NCBI GenBank assembly: GCA_964016885.1
Contig: OZ024760.1
Location: 4,154,001-4,218,000, forward strand
DNA from: Eledone cirrhosa
Taxonomy: Eukaryota
Direction: 5' to 3'
DNA length: 64,000 nt
Shown: positions 38,166 through 52,667 of the stretch, in pieces
Position numbering within the stretch: position 1 is the first letter of the stretch
How the letters are laid out: each line of letters begins with the position of its first letter
Notes under the pieces: model-generated
What the model saw: only the letters and a program-made list of their open reading frames with translations
What the model was told of the DNA's origin: nothing
Databases searched by the model: none
Made by a program: the position numbers and the translations under genes

Positions 38166-38701
38166 CATATCACATTTAAATTAACAATCCATACAAAAGC
38201 ACATTAGTAAGACATTCTTGAAATATATAAAACAGTACTATGACCGCATCAACTAAAAAATTAAAGTTTATTCTAATACTACAAATTTTCACAATTTGTC
38301 AGCTAGTAAAGATATTATAAACATTTGAATTAATAAAACCCTTATTACACATTTTCTAATCACAGGATGTTAAATATTAATTAATATTTTTTTAATAAAA
38401 TTTTGAAGAGATAACTTTTTGAGTGTGTAGATTAATATTATGTACATGAAATAAAAGAGAAAAAAATTCATATTTTCTCGAATTGATTGTATAAAATTAC
38501 ATTATTATCAAGATCAACTTGGAAGGAATAATAGGAAAAAAAATCTAGATGACGTTTAGCCTAGTTAACACAAAATGAAAGTAATGAGTAGAGCAAATAT
38601 ATATACACCATAATGAAACTTGTCTTCAAATCGTTTCTAAATCGTAATAAACTTCCACTTTGTGGGACACGTAAACTGGAGTTATGCATATGTTTGAGTT
38701 T

Positions 38702-38801
<100 letters not shown>

Positions 38802-38926
38802 ATGTATGTATGTATGTATGTATATAATGCGATGAAATACCAATGATGGTTGGCAAATCACTGACGAGGGACTAATTTTATAATATGTAACCCATGTGCA
38901 ACCACGCAGTATTCCTCTTTCTTCTC

Positions 38927-39025
<99 letters not shown>

Positions 39026-39389
39026 GTATACTGAAATTTACATAAAAACATAAATAGTAGTAGATGGAAAAGTTCTAATCGAAGTGACTTTCGATTTTCT
39101 TAATCGATTAAAACTTTCCAATCTGTCACGATATGACCAGGTTTATACATGAGTGTACATAGAAAGCCTAGAATTGAATTAGATGGTTGTCATATATAGT
39201 AATAATTGTTTCTACTTTTGGCACAAGACCACCAATTACTACAGTACATTACTGGTACTTTATTTTATCGACAATGTAAGGATGAAAGGCAAAGTTAACC
39301 TCGGCGGGATTTGAACTATAAAAAATAAATGTTTCTAAGATAGCCACAAGGTCAGCAATTCTGGGGAGAGGAGAAAATCGATTATATCG

Positions 39390-39570
39390 ATTGCAGTACT
39401 TTATGCTATCGACCTCAAAAGCATACGAGTACTTTACTGGTACTTATTGCTTTCAACTTCAAAAGCATACGAGTACTTAATGCTTTCAATTTCAAAAGCC
39501 TACGAGTACTTTATGCTATCGACCTCAAAAGCATACGAGTACTTTATGCTATCGACCTCAAAAGCATAAA
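39390..39570. repeat. ~33-bp tandem repeat, ~5 copies, from a SINE core
   Basis: gagtactttatgctatcgacctcaaaagcatac. Confidence 0.75.
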
Positions 39571-40494
39571 AGGTAAAACCCAGGGATATTGGGAAGGGAG
39601 TAGATGATTAGACGATGGAACCAGGTACCAGTACTCTACTGGTTAGTAGGTACTTTAACGATCCCCCCTCCCCCTAAATCTGAACTTAATTTACTAGAAC
39701 TGGAAGAAACCCAGTTCAGTGCATCAGCGTTTCCAACACTCCACCGTCCTTAAAGAAAAGGACATGCTAGCTCCTACACGATCGTTCAACATGCGAGAAA
39801 TAGCAAGCAAATTACCTTTAAAATTACACCCACATCGTATTTAAAGAAAAGAGGACACGACAGAATGGATACTGTAGTTTATGGAGATACAGAAAGTCTG
39901 AATGGTCACGGCTGGACGATAGATCTTAATGAGGAAAAGCTTGCGACTAACAACAATACTAGCATGATGCTGTTAAGATACAAATAGAAACGACCCCATT
40001 GCATTACTGGTACGTATTTTGATCAACCTCACAGGACTAACGGACGAAATCGATTCTCGAATTAGGATTTGAAAACAAAACAAATAGCAGCTTCCTTACA
40101 CCATAGACACTAGTCTAGACAATTTTGAAGATTAAGATCTACCCCCTCATTCCCACACTTCCAATTCTTGACTAGTACTCTATTTCATGGACCACGGATG
40201 GTTAAAAGCGTGAAGTGTACTAATCTACGATTTGAACTTGGAACGTAAACGGGCAGAATAATTATGAAGATCAAACAAAACACATACACACACACATTAA
40301 AAATAAACACACTATGGTAGAAAACAAGACGGAGATTTCATGATCAGACATAATAACTCAGATCAAAATATAGTAATCAGAAAGTATAATGAGACATTGC
40401 TAAAATCAACAACAAAAAAACAAACTACCGTTCAAACAAGAAATGAACATATAGCATATATATACATATATATATATACTCTCTCACACACACA

Positions 40495-40551
<57 letters not shown>

Positions 40552-40790
40552 ATGTACATATACATACAGATTTATATACATACATACATGTATATATATT
40601 TACATATACACACACCTACGCTAAAAATTAAAACAAATTCCTTATGAATCAATCATTTGTTTCTTTGTTGATGTTTTTTACGGTTCTTCGTTTTGATTTT
40701 TTTTTCTTTTTGGTTAAGTTTGAAGAGAAAAAAATTCGAGTGAAAGTGGAAAAATAACCGTTAAGAAGTGTGATTATAAACAATATTTAC

Positions 40791-40947
40791 GTCACGACGA
40801 TCAACACACAGCAAGTCGACGACATATTGGTATAGGTGATAGTAGCAACGGGAAGTCGGCTCGGGCAAGCAGCAGCACGCAGGCGTGCAACTGATCTTTG
40901 CTGAGGAAGAGTGTGAGTGTGAGTGAAGGTGTGTCTGAGTAAGCGAG
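40791..40947 (-). other. Candidate upstream 5' UTR exon of the TUT4/7-like gene
   Basis: CpG-richer unique block, ctctctcag acceptor, GAC|gtaaat donor. Confidence 0.4.
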
Positions 40948-41543
40948 CTGAGAGAGATGCAGAGAGAGAAAACGATAAAACAGAGAGATAGAGCGTGATA
41001 GAAGAGAAAAAAACCAACAGAAAGTGGAAGGAAAGAGGTAGCGAGTGATGGAAGGAATAGAAGAGAAAGAAATGACGAAAAGGCAAAAAGTTAACTAGGA
41101 GAGGAGGTGATGAAAGACCAAGAAAGAGGTGGGGAGAGATAAAAATGAAAAGAGAGAGAGAGATTGTGTGTTGAGTGTGAAGAGATTTGCGATAGAAGGA
41201 AAAAATTTAAAGAGGGGAAGAAAATAGCGTGAAAGTCAATGAAAATATATGGTGAGGGAGAAAAAAGAAAGAGATATTGACAAAATCTAGAAGAGAGGGA
41301 GAAAGGAGAAAAAAGAGAGGGAGAGAGGAAAACAAGGATGTAAATAATTTGGAAAAAGAGGATAAGATGAACAACGGGGGTGGAGGAAAGGGGTTTGATG
41401 TGATGGGTTAAGGGAGAACAAATACAGTACAATAGATGATAGACAATGGGAGGAAATATGAAGGAGGGTGTTAAATGGGTTATAATGTAATAGGAGAGAG
41501 AGGAGGGGGACGAGAGAGAAATAAAAATTACAATAAGCAAATC

Positions 41544-41594
41544 GGCTTCCTGATGATTTCTCCCGAATGAAACAGTTCTAGTCTTGTAGAAGCT
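41544..41594 (+). ncRNA. Minimal type I hammerhead ribozyme (same family as 23235-23285)
   Basis: ggcuuc-CUGAUGA-uuucucccgaau-GAAA-cag..uug-UA-gaagcu; downstream ~80 nt also shared with 23155-23234. Confidence 0.8.
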
Positions 41595-42279
41595 ATTTCT
41601 ATATTAAATATTTATACTCTGCTATGTATTGAGTACCTTACTCACTGTGGTTACCCCTTATTGAACCTGGGATAAACTTATATTTACTCTTTTACCTGTT
41701 TCAGCCATCCGGCTGAGGCCATGCTGGGGCACCGCCCTTATATTATATATATATATATTTAAACAGAGAGAAAAAAACAAAGGACGGAGTGAGGGGGAAA
41801 TAAGCAGAAGACAAAGAAAATAAGAGATTGAGGAAGTCAGAAGATATAAAGGAAAGAAAGAAAAAAGGTGTAAAGGATTAAAAGCTAATAAAAAAAATAA
41901 TGGAGGGAAGGGCGAGATAGGAACTATAATTTATAAAATATGAAGGGAGGGGAGCTGGAACAAATAGAGAGAGAGAGAGAGAGAGAGGAAAAGGAAGTGA
42001 GGAACTGAGAAGAGATAATGGATTAAAGAGAAAGAGGAGAGGCGAGTTACGCAAAGAGAATGTTGGTAAGGGGAGGGAAACAAAGACGGGATAAGAAAAG
42101 TAGAGAGGGTGAGGGTGGAAGTGTAAAGAAAGATGAGGGGAAAAGTTTAAAATACCTTCACTCAAACTCATTTCTATAAACTTTTAGTCCACAGCGCACT
42201 TTACAAAAAGTAAAAATATTTTCTCAAACTTTGTACCTAAATTCAAAAATTTGATATAAAAATGTATTTATACATATTA

Positions 42280-42473
42280 CAGAGCTACCAATCTCGAAAA
42301 ACCGAAACGGAGAGTACCATGAAAAAAGGTGTCACAAAACGGAGAGAAATGAGGCAAAATGGGGACATTTCACATAATGAAAGCTATACCCATTTCACAA
42401 GAGAAGACATCTCTCATATACCCTAAATTGGGTGGGAGATCTCCCCGCCGGTCGGGGAGAGTTGACAGGTCTG
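42280..42473. mobile_element. Small TIR element with 6-bp TSD (hAT6-like)
   Basis: atatta|cagagctaccaatctc...gagagttgacaggtctg|atatta. Confidence 0.6.
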
Positions 42474-42489
42474 ATATTAGTATAGCATA

Positions 42490-42772
42490 AAGTCTAAGTC
42501 TAAAGTCTGTCTTAAGCCAGAAGGCTCATTTGACCGGTGCTTATCCCGGTTTAATGACGTGAAGCGACTGAGAGTACAAGACTCCCCACTGGACAGGGCA
42601 CCAGTCCATCGCAAAGTTAAAATCCCAGCTATTGCTGGTACTCATTTTCAGCTGAGTATACTGGAGCAACGTGAAATGAAATGTTTTGCTCAAGAACACA
42701 ACATGCAACCCGGGAATCAAACCCACGACATTATGATCGTAAGTCCAACACCCTTACCACTCGGCCTCCACA
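42490..42772 (-). mobile_element. tRNA-derived SINE with V-SINE-like segment
   Basis: A/B boxes, gcgatggactggtgccctgtccag motif, (agactt)n tail. Confidence 0.65.
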
Positions 42773-44623
42773 TAGTATAAAGTAGAAATATATATACAAG
42801 AAAAAATACAAGAAAATTATCTGTCCTTCCTTCTTCAGTCAAGAGGTGTAGCGAAGTTATTAAGGAAAAAGATGCGCTTGGTGGGTTTTGTTTTTGGCAA
42901 TGTTTTCATTCTTAGTTAAGTTATTTCCTACGGTCACCGTTGAGACCTTAGGCGTACTTGGACCCCGGGAAGTTGACCTCCTCCGCAAAATCGGAACGTC
43001 GGCGGCCCGTCTGAGGAAGGAGCCAGGCGAGGTGGGGTGGCTGTTGTAGCGATTATCGCTGGCCGTTGTTCGCAGGAATGCTTTTGCGGTCTTATCCGCG
43101 GGGTCCAGCCCCTCTACCGCCGCGCCCTAGACCCAGAGCCGAATCATTCCCCCTTCCCATTCTTCTGTGACATGAGAGTTCTTACTATTCCCTCTCCTTC
43201 CCGTTTTTTTCTTTTTCTCTTTTTTCTCATTTTTTTCCTGTTTTTCATTTCATTCTTCTCAATCTAAATTTTCTTTTTTCTATTAAATTCCCTTTTTTCA
43301 GTTGTTAGCTGTTGGGACACTGCATCCTTCAAATCTTCCATGCTTCCCGAAATTCGCCAACACTATACCCGATATTCACCCTCCATACACACACACATAC
43401 ATGTGTGTGTCTGTCTATATCATGACTCATTCACTTTCCTGACCTTTATAAATTATTCTGTGTACTGCACATGCACCTTTGTACACAATAATTTTCATTA
43501 TTTTTATTTTTATTTTTTTTGCCAGTAGAGGGTCGAACTCTATGCTTTGCAGCATAGAGTTAGGGTCCTTTACGGTTTGAGTTCAAATCCCGCCGAGGTT
43601 AGCTTTGCCTTTTATCCCTATAAAATAAAGCACCAGTAATGTACTGGGATAATTGCTGGCCTTGTGTCAAAAGTAGAAACAATTATTATTAAACTGTATT
43701 TACAAGATATATTCCACAAATAAAATTATTAACTTTGACAGCTATATATGAACTTTATTACGAATTCGAATTTGTATTTTTTCACAATTTGAAATAGAAT
43801 CTTGCTTTTTCGCGGAGCACCTAATTACATCTCGCAACACTTCAGCATAGTTTGGGAACCACTGTTTTAGATATATACTGAAAAGTGAGAGAGGATGGAC
43901 AAAGAGCACACAGTGAAGATAACTAACTCGTGGTTACAGAATAGAGATGATTTTGGTGGCGAGGAGGTTTAGACAAATAAACCGAAATAGAATTCCCAGG
44001 AATATGAGAGAGAGAGGCAGTGAGCAGGGGACGTAACTCATAAATGAATAAATCAAGGGAAACAACTCATATGTTGTGCTGGATTGGAAAGGAAATAAAG
44101 TAAAATAAGGAAAATATAAAAAAATATCGAAATAAAGTGGATAAAAAGTAAATAAGAGAGTGAGGGATGGGAAAGAAATTGTGAAAATACATGAAAATCA
44201 AAGGAGAGAAAGCAGCAAATAAAAGAAAAAGAGAGAGAGGAGGAAATGAAATGCAAATTTATTATCTTATTGTTTCGCTATCTGCAAGACATTTAAACGT
44301 GTTTTTTTTAAGAAGCAATAATATTATTCAATTAATTAATCAATCACTTAAGTAAGAATACGTTATAAATTTATAAATAGAATTTTAAAAAATTAAAACA
44401 AAATAAAATTTTAAGATAATAGTCTCGGACAAACGTTAGTTACGATAAACGAGAATTGCTGTCGCGTTGGATAATCGAGTATGAAAAGCCAGTCACAGGG
44501 AAGGAAAGTATTGCTTAGAAATGCCTGTGATGGTAAATTAGTATAAAAACGAAGCCAAAATAATTATTAGTACTTATATTTACATATGTATATATAATAT
44601 GTATGTATTGTTTTTGTACTAAC

Positions 44624-45077
44624 GTAGGTTTCTGATAGAGAAAAAGAAAAAAATACGACAACAAATTAATCTAAAAGCGGGCAGAAATAGATAGAGAGAG
44701 GGAGAGAGAAATGTAGATATATAGAGAGAGTGAGTGCGTGAGTAGGGGAAAGAGTAGACAGTAAACGTTTTCTCCGCCACCACCTCTCTCTTCTGAATAG
44801 AGCGACATGTTTTTCTTACTATGGCTGCCTCGCTACACACATTGATTGCAATTAAGGTCTACATTTGGCCGAGTTGACCATGTCTCCGTTAAAGAAGCAA
44901 CAGCAACAAACACAAACAAACGGCCAGAAAGACAACTACAAACATAAAAGAGAGGGTGAGATAGTTAAATAGATAGAAAGAGGAATATATAGTATACATA
45001 CACACACAAACAAACCAAAAGCTACACCTAGTAGAAAAAAAGGAGAGCGAGTAAAAAAACACACAAGACATCAAAAC
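44624..45077. promoter_or_regulatory. Putative promoter/5' UTR of REXO1, possibly bidirectional with TUT4/7
   Basis: Unique sequence directly upstream of the REXO1 ATG; minus-strand donor-like CTAC|gttagt at 44624; position-based inference. Confidence 0.35.
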
Positions 45078-45195
45078 ATGTTTCCATCGTCTGGGTATTT
45101 CCGAGGTTTAGACTGTCCTTTTTACGCCAGTGGCTTGTGTGAGAGGCCTTACTGCCACTATAAACATTCGAAGCAACCACCACCAACGGATAAAG
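45078..45195 (+). CDS. REXO1: RNA exonuclease 1 homolog, exon 1 (N-terminal C3H zinc finger)
   Basis: MFPSSGYFRGLDCPFYASGLCERPYCHYKH, cf. REXO1 MLRSTGFFRAIDCPY...CRRPYCHFRH; 118 nt, AAG|gtaaag phase 1; too short for the ORF track. Confidence 0.9.
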
Positions 45196-45287
45196 GTAAA
45201 GACAACAGAACCCCTGCATTCATCATGTAAAAAAAGAAAGAAAATTATATTGATAATAGCCCCTGAATCACAAGTGCGCTTATAAAT

Positions 45288-45365
<78 letters not shown>

Positions 45366-45393
45366 GATATATTATGTATGAAGTGAGTGTGCG

Positions 45394-45498
<105 letters not shown>

Positions 45499-45743
45499 TG
45501 TGTGTCGGTTTGTGTGTTGATGTCTGATATGTTTATGTGCGTCGTGAGTGTAGGATTTGAGTGTTTATATATCTTTAGTGATGTGTATTTATATATATTC
45601 GGGTTTGCGTTAAGGTGTGTTCTTGCACTATATATGTGTGTGTGTATATATATATATTTGATTGTATGTGTATAATATCGTTCTGCCATTAATGTAGGAA
45701 GTTTATGTTTATGTATGCATATTTTATGTGCTGGATATCTATA

Positions 45744-45777
<34 letters not shown>

Positions 45778-48700
45778 CTTACAAATGTATATATATTGTT
45801 TGTGTATGCGTGTGTTTATCTTGTGCTATATATGTGTGTCTAATATATCGCCAGGAAATTACTGTTTTAAAGCTTATTTGGAAAGGATGCGTTTTTAGCA
45901 AATATATTTAAAATTAAAAATAATGGGGTTTTATTCGGCACTGTTGGTTCATGTGTGTGTGTATATATATATATATATATACATGTATATATGTATATAT
46001 ATAATGTGTGTGTGTTGACATTTGTTTTGTTTTGTGAATGTGTGTGTGGCTGGGGAAATCTACATTCGGATGATGCATCATCGTATGAGATAAGACTAGG
46101 AAAAGTATTTGATGATGCTGTCAGTGTTAATCATACGTCGCCCCGCCAACTCTTATATTTACTAACACTCCTCACCACCTCCATTCATCATCATCACCAT
46201 TAACAGCATATTAACTTGACTGGATATCCAGGCTCTCGGCTAACGCCCTCCCTCGCCATCGGTGTCACCTCCAACGTAACCACCACTATCACCATTGCTA
46301 TTATAAACCCAACCATCACCGCTGCCACTGAACATCATATTCATTAGATTTTTTTTTCTATTCCCAGTGGAACATCTCTCAGTATAGGAAGTGAGTTGAC
46401 TGGGGGAGGGGTAGTAATAAGCATAGTATAAAAGGCTGGTGGGTGTGGGTGGGTTAGTTGCATGTAGGGTTTGATCGATCGATCAGTCAGTCAGCCGAGT
46501 GTAGTCTAATGTCCTCTACCTGCAATTTTCCCCCCTCCGCCCTATCTATAAGATATTTATTGTTGTTTAGCACCAGGTTCGTCCATATTAAGCAGACATA
46601 TGATCAAAAGCATTCCAGCCATGGTCAAGTATGTTAGTTTTTTTTTTTCTTCTTTTCCTAGCAGACATGACATTATATAATGCGTCCTTTTTTTTTTAAG
46701 AAAAAAAAGGGGGAAGGCGAAAACGTCTGGTTATGAAAAATGTGTACTTGTGTTAAGGTTACTTGTCTTGTTTTTGTTTTTAATACTCCGACACATAATA
46801 TCACACGGCATATATGTGTGTGTGTTTGTTTATGTGTGTGTGTATGTCTCTGTGTGTTTGAGAGAGAGTCTGCGCGCGCATAATCATCGTTTTGACGTTT
46901 CTGTAGCCATGCGTGTAAAGGTGTTTTTGTAAATGACATTTCTTCATCTCAAATTTTGCGACAGCTCGTCTGAACAATCTAGCTTTCTCAAGTCTGACCT
47001 AACTACTACTATCACCTCCACCACCACTTATGGAGTCTTTCTTTATTATTCTGCCTCACCTGTAGTGCAGTTTTTACTTTTCCCCCTTTTAGATTGCGCC
47101 GCGTTTTTCACTTTAGCATGGATTTTATCTTTTGACTCTTTCCACATAATGTGTTGCAAAGGCAACGAAATGGCAAATACAGATACGTGATAGAATGTTT
47201 TGCGGTATTCGTTTCTGCTCTCTTTGCTCTCTGAGTTCAAATCCCACCGAGGTCACCTTTGCATTTCATCCTTTCGATGTTGATAAAAAAAAAAAAAGTA
47301 CCAAGTCCAGTTGACCCCCCCCCCCCCCCACCTCCCTCTCTCTCTGGAAGAAATCGGCACTGTTCAAACCTGGGGAAAAGGATGAGCCCCGCTATCGTTT
47401 AGAATGTCGCGATGACGCCCCTACAACTCCAATCGGAGTTACGGGTCCTTTCATACATTCATGCCCACACCTATGCGAACTGTCATCTCTTGTATTACAT
47501 GAACAAGATAGCTGTCTGATGATGATTAACAACAACTCTCAATCTCTCTACTCGAGATCAAAATCGCCGTATGTTATCACATATACATTGTGGTTGGAGT
47601 GTTGTACTTGCGATCACGATGTCAGGGGTTTGATTCTTCGACTGGTCAGGGTGTTGTGTTCTTGCTCAAGACACTTCATTTCACATTGCTTCTCATGATA
47701 TGTGGAGGGTGGCTAAAATTAAAATACTCAAGAAGTCACCTTTGAAATGCAACATCGTAGGAAGCTAGCTAAACCTGCATAGGTGTGAGCTGTAAATTTA
47801 ATTTAATTTCAGTTCCAGTGCTAATTTATTATATATATCTAGGCAATGCTATTTATCAACTACTTGTGCGTAAGATATGCTTTTTTTTTGGCCCCACAAT
47901 TTCATGTCAAAATCTACCTCTACTCCATAAACCTAAGGTGTAGATGCTATAATAATACTGATTTCCAATTCTGATACAAGGCCAGCATTTTGTGTGGAGG
48001 TAAAGTCGATTATATCACCCCCAGTACATTACTGGTACTTCATTTTTTTAATACAACAATCGTATGATGATACAGAAGCCATGTATAAGTAGAGCTGACT
48101 ATTAGCTTTTTTCTCTAAACTTTTTTTTTTCAAAATATGGTTGCATTTCGTATTCCAAAATATATGGTAGTTTCTAGCAAACTACCTCAATGGTCATGCA
48201 AGTGCATGATAAATGAGGGTTAAAAGACTTTAACCCTTTAGCATTTAAACCAGCCGTATCCGGTTAGAATTCTCTCACCTCTTTTTGCTTAAACCGACTG
48301 TAACCAGCCGCTTATACTGATGTTAAGGTATTGTTCTCAAAATAAATATCAAAATCTCATAGATTTGGTATTATGTGAGATAAAGCCTTTCTGTGAAAAT
48401 AAAATAGTAAATATAGAGTAATTTAAATGCTAAAAGGTTAAACACTCGTATAATGTTAAAAATAGTCATTACAAATGCTTCTCAGGCTCAGAGAATATCA
48501 AATATTGGGTCATGGCACTTACCTCAAAGATTTGCGTAATTCTAAAAAATTTTAAAACCCTGAATCACCAGAAGCTGTCCACAATCTTGATTTTTGAATC
48601 AGTTAATATCTAGTGGAGATCAAGCTGCACCTTCTGTGCATGCATTTGTGCTGTTTACCTTCAGCTGCATTGGCAGAGTCGTTAAGACGTTGGATAGAAT

Positions 48701-51700
48701 GCTTTATGGTATTCATCCCACCCCATTGTGCGCTCTGAGTTAAAATTCCGCCGTGGTCAACTTTGCATATCATCCTTTCGAGATCGATAAAAAAAAAAGT
48801 GCCAGTACTGGGGTTGATTTTTCCTTTATAGAAAAATCAGCTATGTTCAGACCTGGAGAGGGTTGGGCTCCACCAGGTTTAAAAGTGCCCTAGACACACC
48901 GTATGATGCTGCCTCTATGACTCCACAAGGAGTTATGGGATCTTTATCCTTATCCTTTCAAATTAAAATGTTTCCTCTTGTTATTTATTCACTGTTTCTG
49001 CATTAAAAACTAGGTTTTTTGGTACATAGAAGGTTCCCATTTTGGATTCAGTCCTAATCCTCTGTGTTACTGTTTGGAGTAGGATGAAGGAGGGGTCTCA
49101 GAAATACAGACCTTCATGTTTGTGATCATCATTTATTTTTCCATGCTTGCATGTATTCTAACTATTCCTTACCGAGTTCTCTGTTAGATTAGATCTTATT
49201 TTTAACAGCCCTCAGCCGTATACAGGTGGGTTGTGAGTTCAAAATCCATTGCAGGTAATTGTGATTCTTTGGCAGGGGAAATAAATATATTCTGTTTAAC
49301 CCTTTAGCATTTACATTACTCTATATTTACTATTATATTTTCACAGTAAAGGCTTTACCTCACATAATATCGAATTTACGAAATTTTGATGTTATTTATT
49401 TTGAGAACAATACCTTAACATGAGTAGCCAGTTACTGCCAATTTGAACAGAAAGAGATGAGAGAATTCTGACTGGATATGGCTGGTTTAAATGCTAAAGG
49501 GTTAAATTTCATTGGTTTATTTAACTGTCAGAAATAGGGTCCAGATCATGTTTTTTGAAGGATAACATGCATGGCCTTTTTTCAGATTGATGACAGGAAG
49601 TTGACTACAAAAACGAGAGACTTGGCTAAAGGTACCCAAGGACCTGGTGGTGGTGGTGTTAAACTAAACAACATTAAATTATCTATACAGGAAGAAATAT
49701 ATCAGTAACATTGACTTCCACCAATGATATGAAATCTAACCACTGGCACTTAATACTTTTGATAACCTGCCCAAAGCCACCTCTGGTTCTATGAAACAAA
49801 ACAATCCATTTTAAAAGGTTTCTGTTTAAATTAAAATCTTCCAACATTTTGTATAGTTTCATCTTTTGTGAAGTCGTACAAATACCATGTTAACCCAGCT
49901 GTATCCGGCCAGAATTTAAACCAGCTGTATCCTAAAATTCTCTCAACTGTTCAAACCAGCCATAATCAGCCACTGATACTTGATACTAATGTTATGGTAT
50001 TGTTTTCAAAATAAATAATATCAAAATCCCATTTACCATCAAAATATAATAGTAAATATAGAGTAATGTAAATGCTAAGGGGTTAATGAAATAATTAATA
50101 ATTTTAGTTCTTGAGTCATCCTTCCATTGAAGGTGAAGCATTCATTTTGCTGTTTTTAATGGCTAGAATATATGCAGCTCGCCACACCTGCGTGCTCATA
50201 GATTTTATTACTAACTGGAGCAGTTGTGCCAGCCTATTGTCGAATTAATAGTCGATCATCTGCGAAGCCACTGGTATTCACGACACCAAGGTCATCTAAT
50301 TAAACTGATGATCGTTGCATGAAGTACTACTTACTATCAGACAAGCTTACTCCTCTAGATCCAACCTGTTCTGTTAGCTTATCCTATGATAGCCATATCA
50401 GAGGCACCTATGATAATTTTATTAAATCCCTTCAAATTCTTCAAAAATCAATTTAACTCTTTTGCTACCAAACTGCCCTAACTATTTATTTTAAAGTGTT
50501 TATATTTAACTAAAAATCTTCCTTCATAATTTTATGTAAGAATCTTTGTTCCAAATTTCAGCTTGATAATGAGAAAGTTAGTTATATTACAAAGTCTCTC
50601 TAAATTCTGGATTATTTTCAAAATTATTTGAAACACATAGGCTGTGTCTTTCATTAGAAATATCATAATGAAAGGGTTAACCCTTTAGCATTTAAACTGG
50701 CCATATCTGGCCAGAATTCTTTCACCTCTTTCTGTTCAAACTGGCTGTAACTGACCACCCATACTGATGTTAAGGTATTGTTCTCAACATAATTAATATC
50801 AAAAACTCATAGATTCGATATTATGTGAGGTAAAGCTTTTACCATGAAAATATACTAGTAAATATAGAATAATGTAAATGCTAAAGGGTTAAATAGTGTA
50901 TTTCATTAGAATATAGTCACAAAAGGGTTAAAAGAGTCTAGGTTTTTAAGAAAGCTTTACACATTTTCCATTACTCTTGGCTCCAGCAGCTATTAACAAG
51001 CAAGCCGTTCATACATATCATCATTTAATGACAAAAAGCAGTGTCCCCACTGTAAAGTGGTTGTACTGGTAACGACAAAAACCGCCCAGTATTCACTGTA
51101 AATGAGTTTGGTGTTAGGAAGGGCATCCAGTTGTAGAAACCAAACCAAAATCAGTTCTGTATGTGCAAGACGTGATCATCTGACCTAGCATTGCCCACAA
51201 CAGGACAACCCGTCTAACCCATGCTAGCGTGGAAACATTGACGTAAAATACTGGTATTGGAAGTGACTGTGGTAGTCATATTGGGGCAGTGATAGTCAAG
51301 AGTTTATTGTACTAGAATTTTTTCCATAGGCTGATGTGTGTGTGTGTATGTGCATATGCATACATTTATATGTATGAGTATATAAATATAAACGCGCAAA
51401 CACAGACACAAAAATACACTGACATACATTCGCACACATACACCCACAGTGTAATTTTTTTCACCATCCCCTTCCTTTTACACACACATACATTCACACA
51501 GGCAGCAGACGTAAAGAGAGAGGAGTAGTATGAGGTAGTCAAACTACTCCTCTCTCTTTACGTGTTGTGACAGAATCGCAGAAATTTATATAGAGATATT
51601 ACACAGGACATAAAATTCATTGTGGACCAGTAGTAATCAGGGATAGTGGCAGTGGTATTGGGGCCAGTCAAAGTATTGGTAGTGATACTGGGGTATTGGT

Positions 51701-52175
51701 ATTAGTACTGGTACTAAGGCAGAGTTAACCAACAGGGAGAGAAAGAATCTAGGGCAACATTGATATTTCCTGGTGTATAAAAACATATTAATCCTTTAAC
51801 ATCCTGTATCATTTATGCACACACACACATACACACAGACACACACAAATTGATATCTAGACAAAGATATATCTGCATATACAAGTACATAGATATAAAC
51901 ACAGGCACACACGTACGCACAAATTGACATCTAGACAGAGGTGTGTGTGTATATATATATATGTATGTACATGCACATACACATTGACGTCTAGACAGAG
52001 ATATATCTGTATGAACAAACATAGATACACACACACGCACTCACATGAATTCACATCTACACAGGTATATATATATATTTTTGAGTATATGTTGGTTGTA
52101 TACCAACACCTCAGTATGCAGATTAGAGCACTCGACGAAGTGCGCAGGTTGGTTTGGTTACTCTGGAGTAATGTA

Positions 52176-52667
52176 AAATAAAATAAAATAAATAAGTCAA
52201 ATGTTTAAAATTTGGCTTCGTTTATTACTGCTATATATATTTCGGTGACAGCCATCTTTGGCTGTGACTTCTTCAGGCAGTCTGAATTATTGTGGTAGAG
52301 ACGAGTACACATGATGTTGAGGTGTTTAACTTTGTCAATACTCTGATATGCCCAGTTCCTGGTTGGGTTGTTATTTCATTGAGGAACTAGAATCATATGA
52401 TTCCAGTTCCTGGTTGGGTTGTTATTTCACTGAGGAACTAGAATCATATGATTCCAGTTCCTCAGTGAAATAACAACCCAACCAGGAACTGGGCATATCA
52501 GAGTATTGACAAAGTTAAACACCTCAACAACATGTGTACTCGTCTCTACCACAATAATTCGGACTGCCTGAAGAGGTCACAGCCAAAGATGGCTGTCACC
52601 GAAATATATATAGCAGTAATAAATGAAGCCAAATTTTAAACATTTGACTTATTTATTTTATTTTATA
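52176..52667. mobile_element. PLE pLTR fold-back carrying two hammerhead copies
   Basis: Palindrome centred at 52447/52448; 51-bp tandem duplication in the left arm. Confidence 0.8.
52563..52617 (+). ncRNA. Type I hammerhead ribozyme; mirror copy at 52227-52281 (-)
   Basis: acugc-CUGAAGA-ggucacagcca-aaga-uggcugucacc-GAAA-uauaua-UA-gcagu. Confidence 0.85.

Noticed and set aside
38855-38900. CTGACGA core-like motif (also CTGATGA at ~47517)
   Set aside because: No matching GAAA, stem III or stem I partner.
42850-43180. SRP, RNase P/MRP, telomerase or H/ACA identity for the GC-rich hairpin
   Set aside because: No helix-8 motif, CR-I/CR-V, CUAACCCU template or proper H box found by eye.
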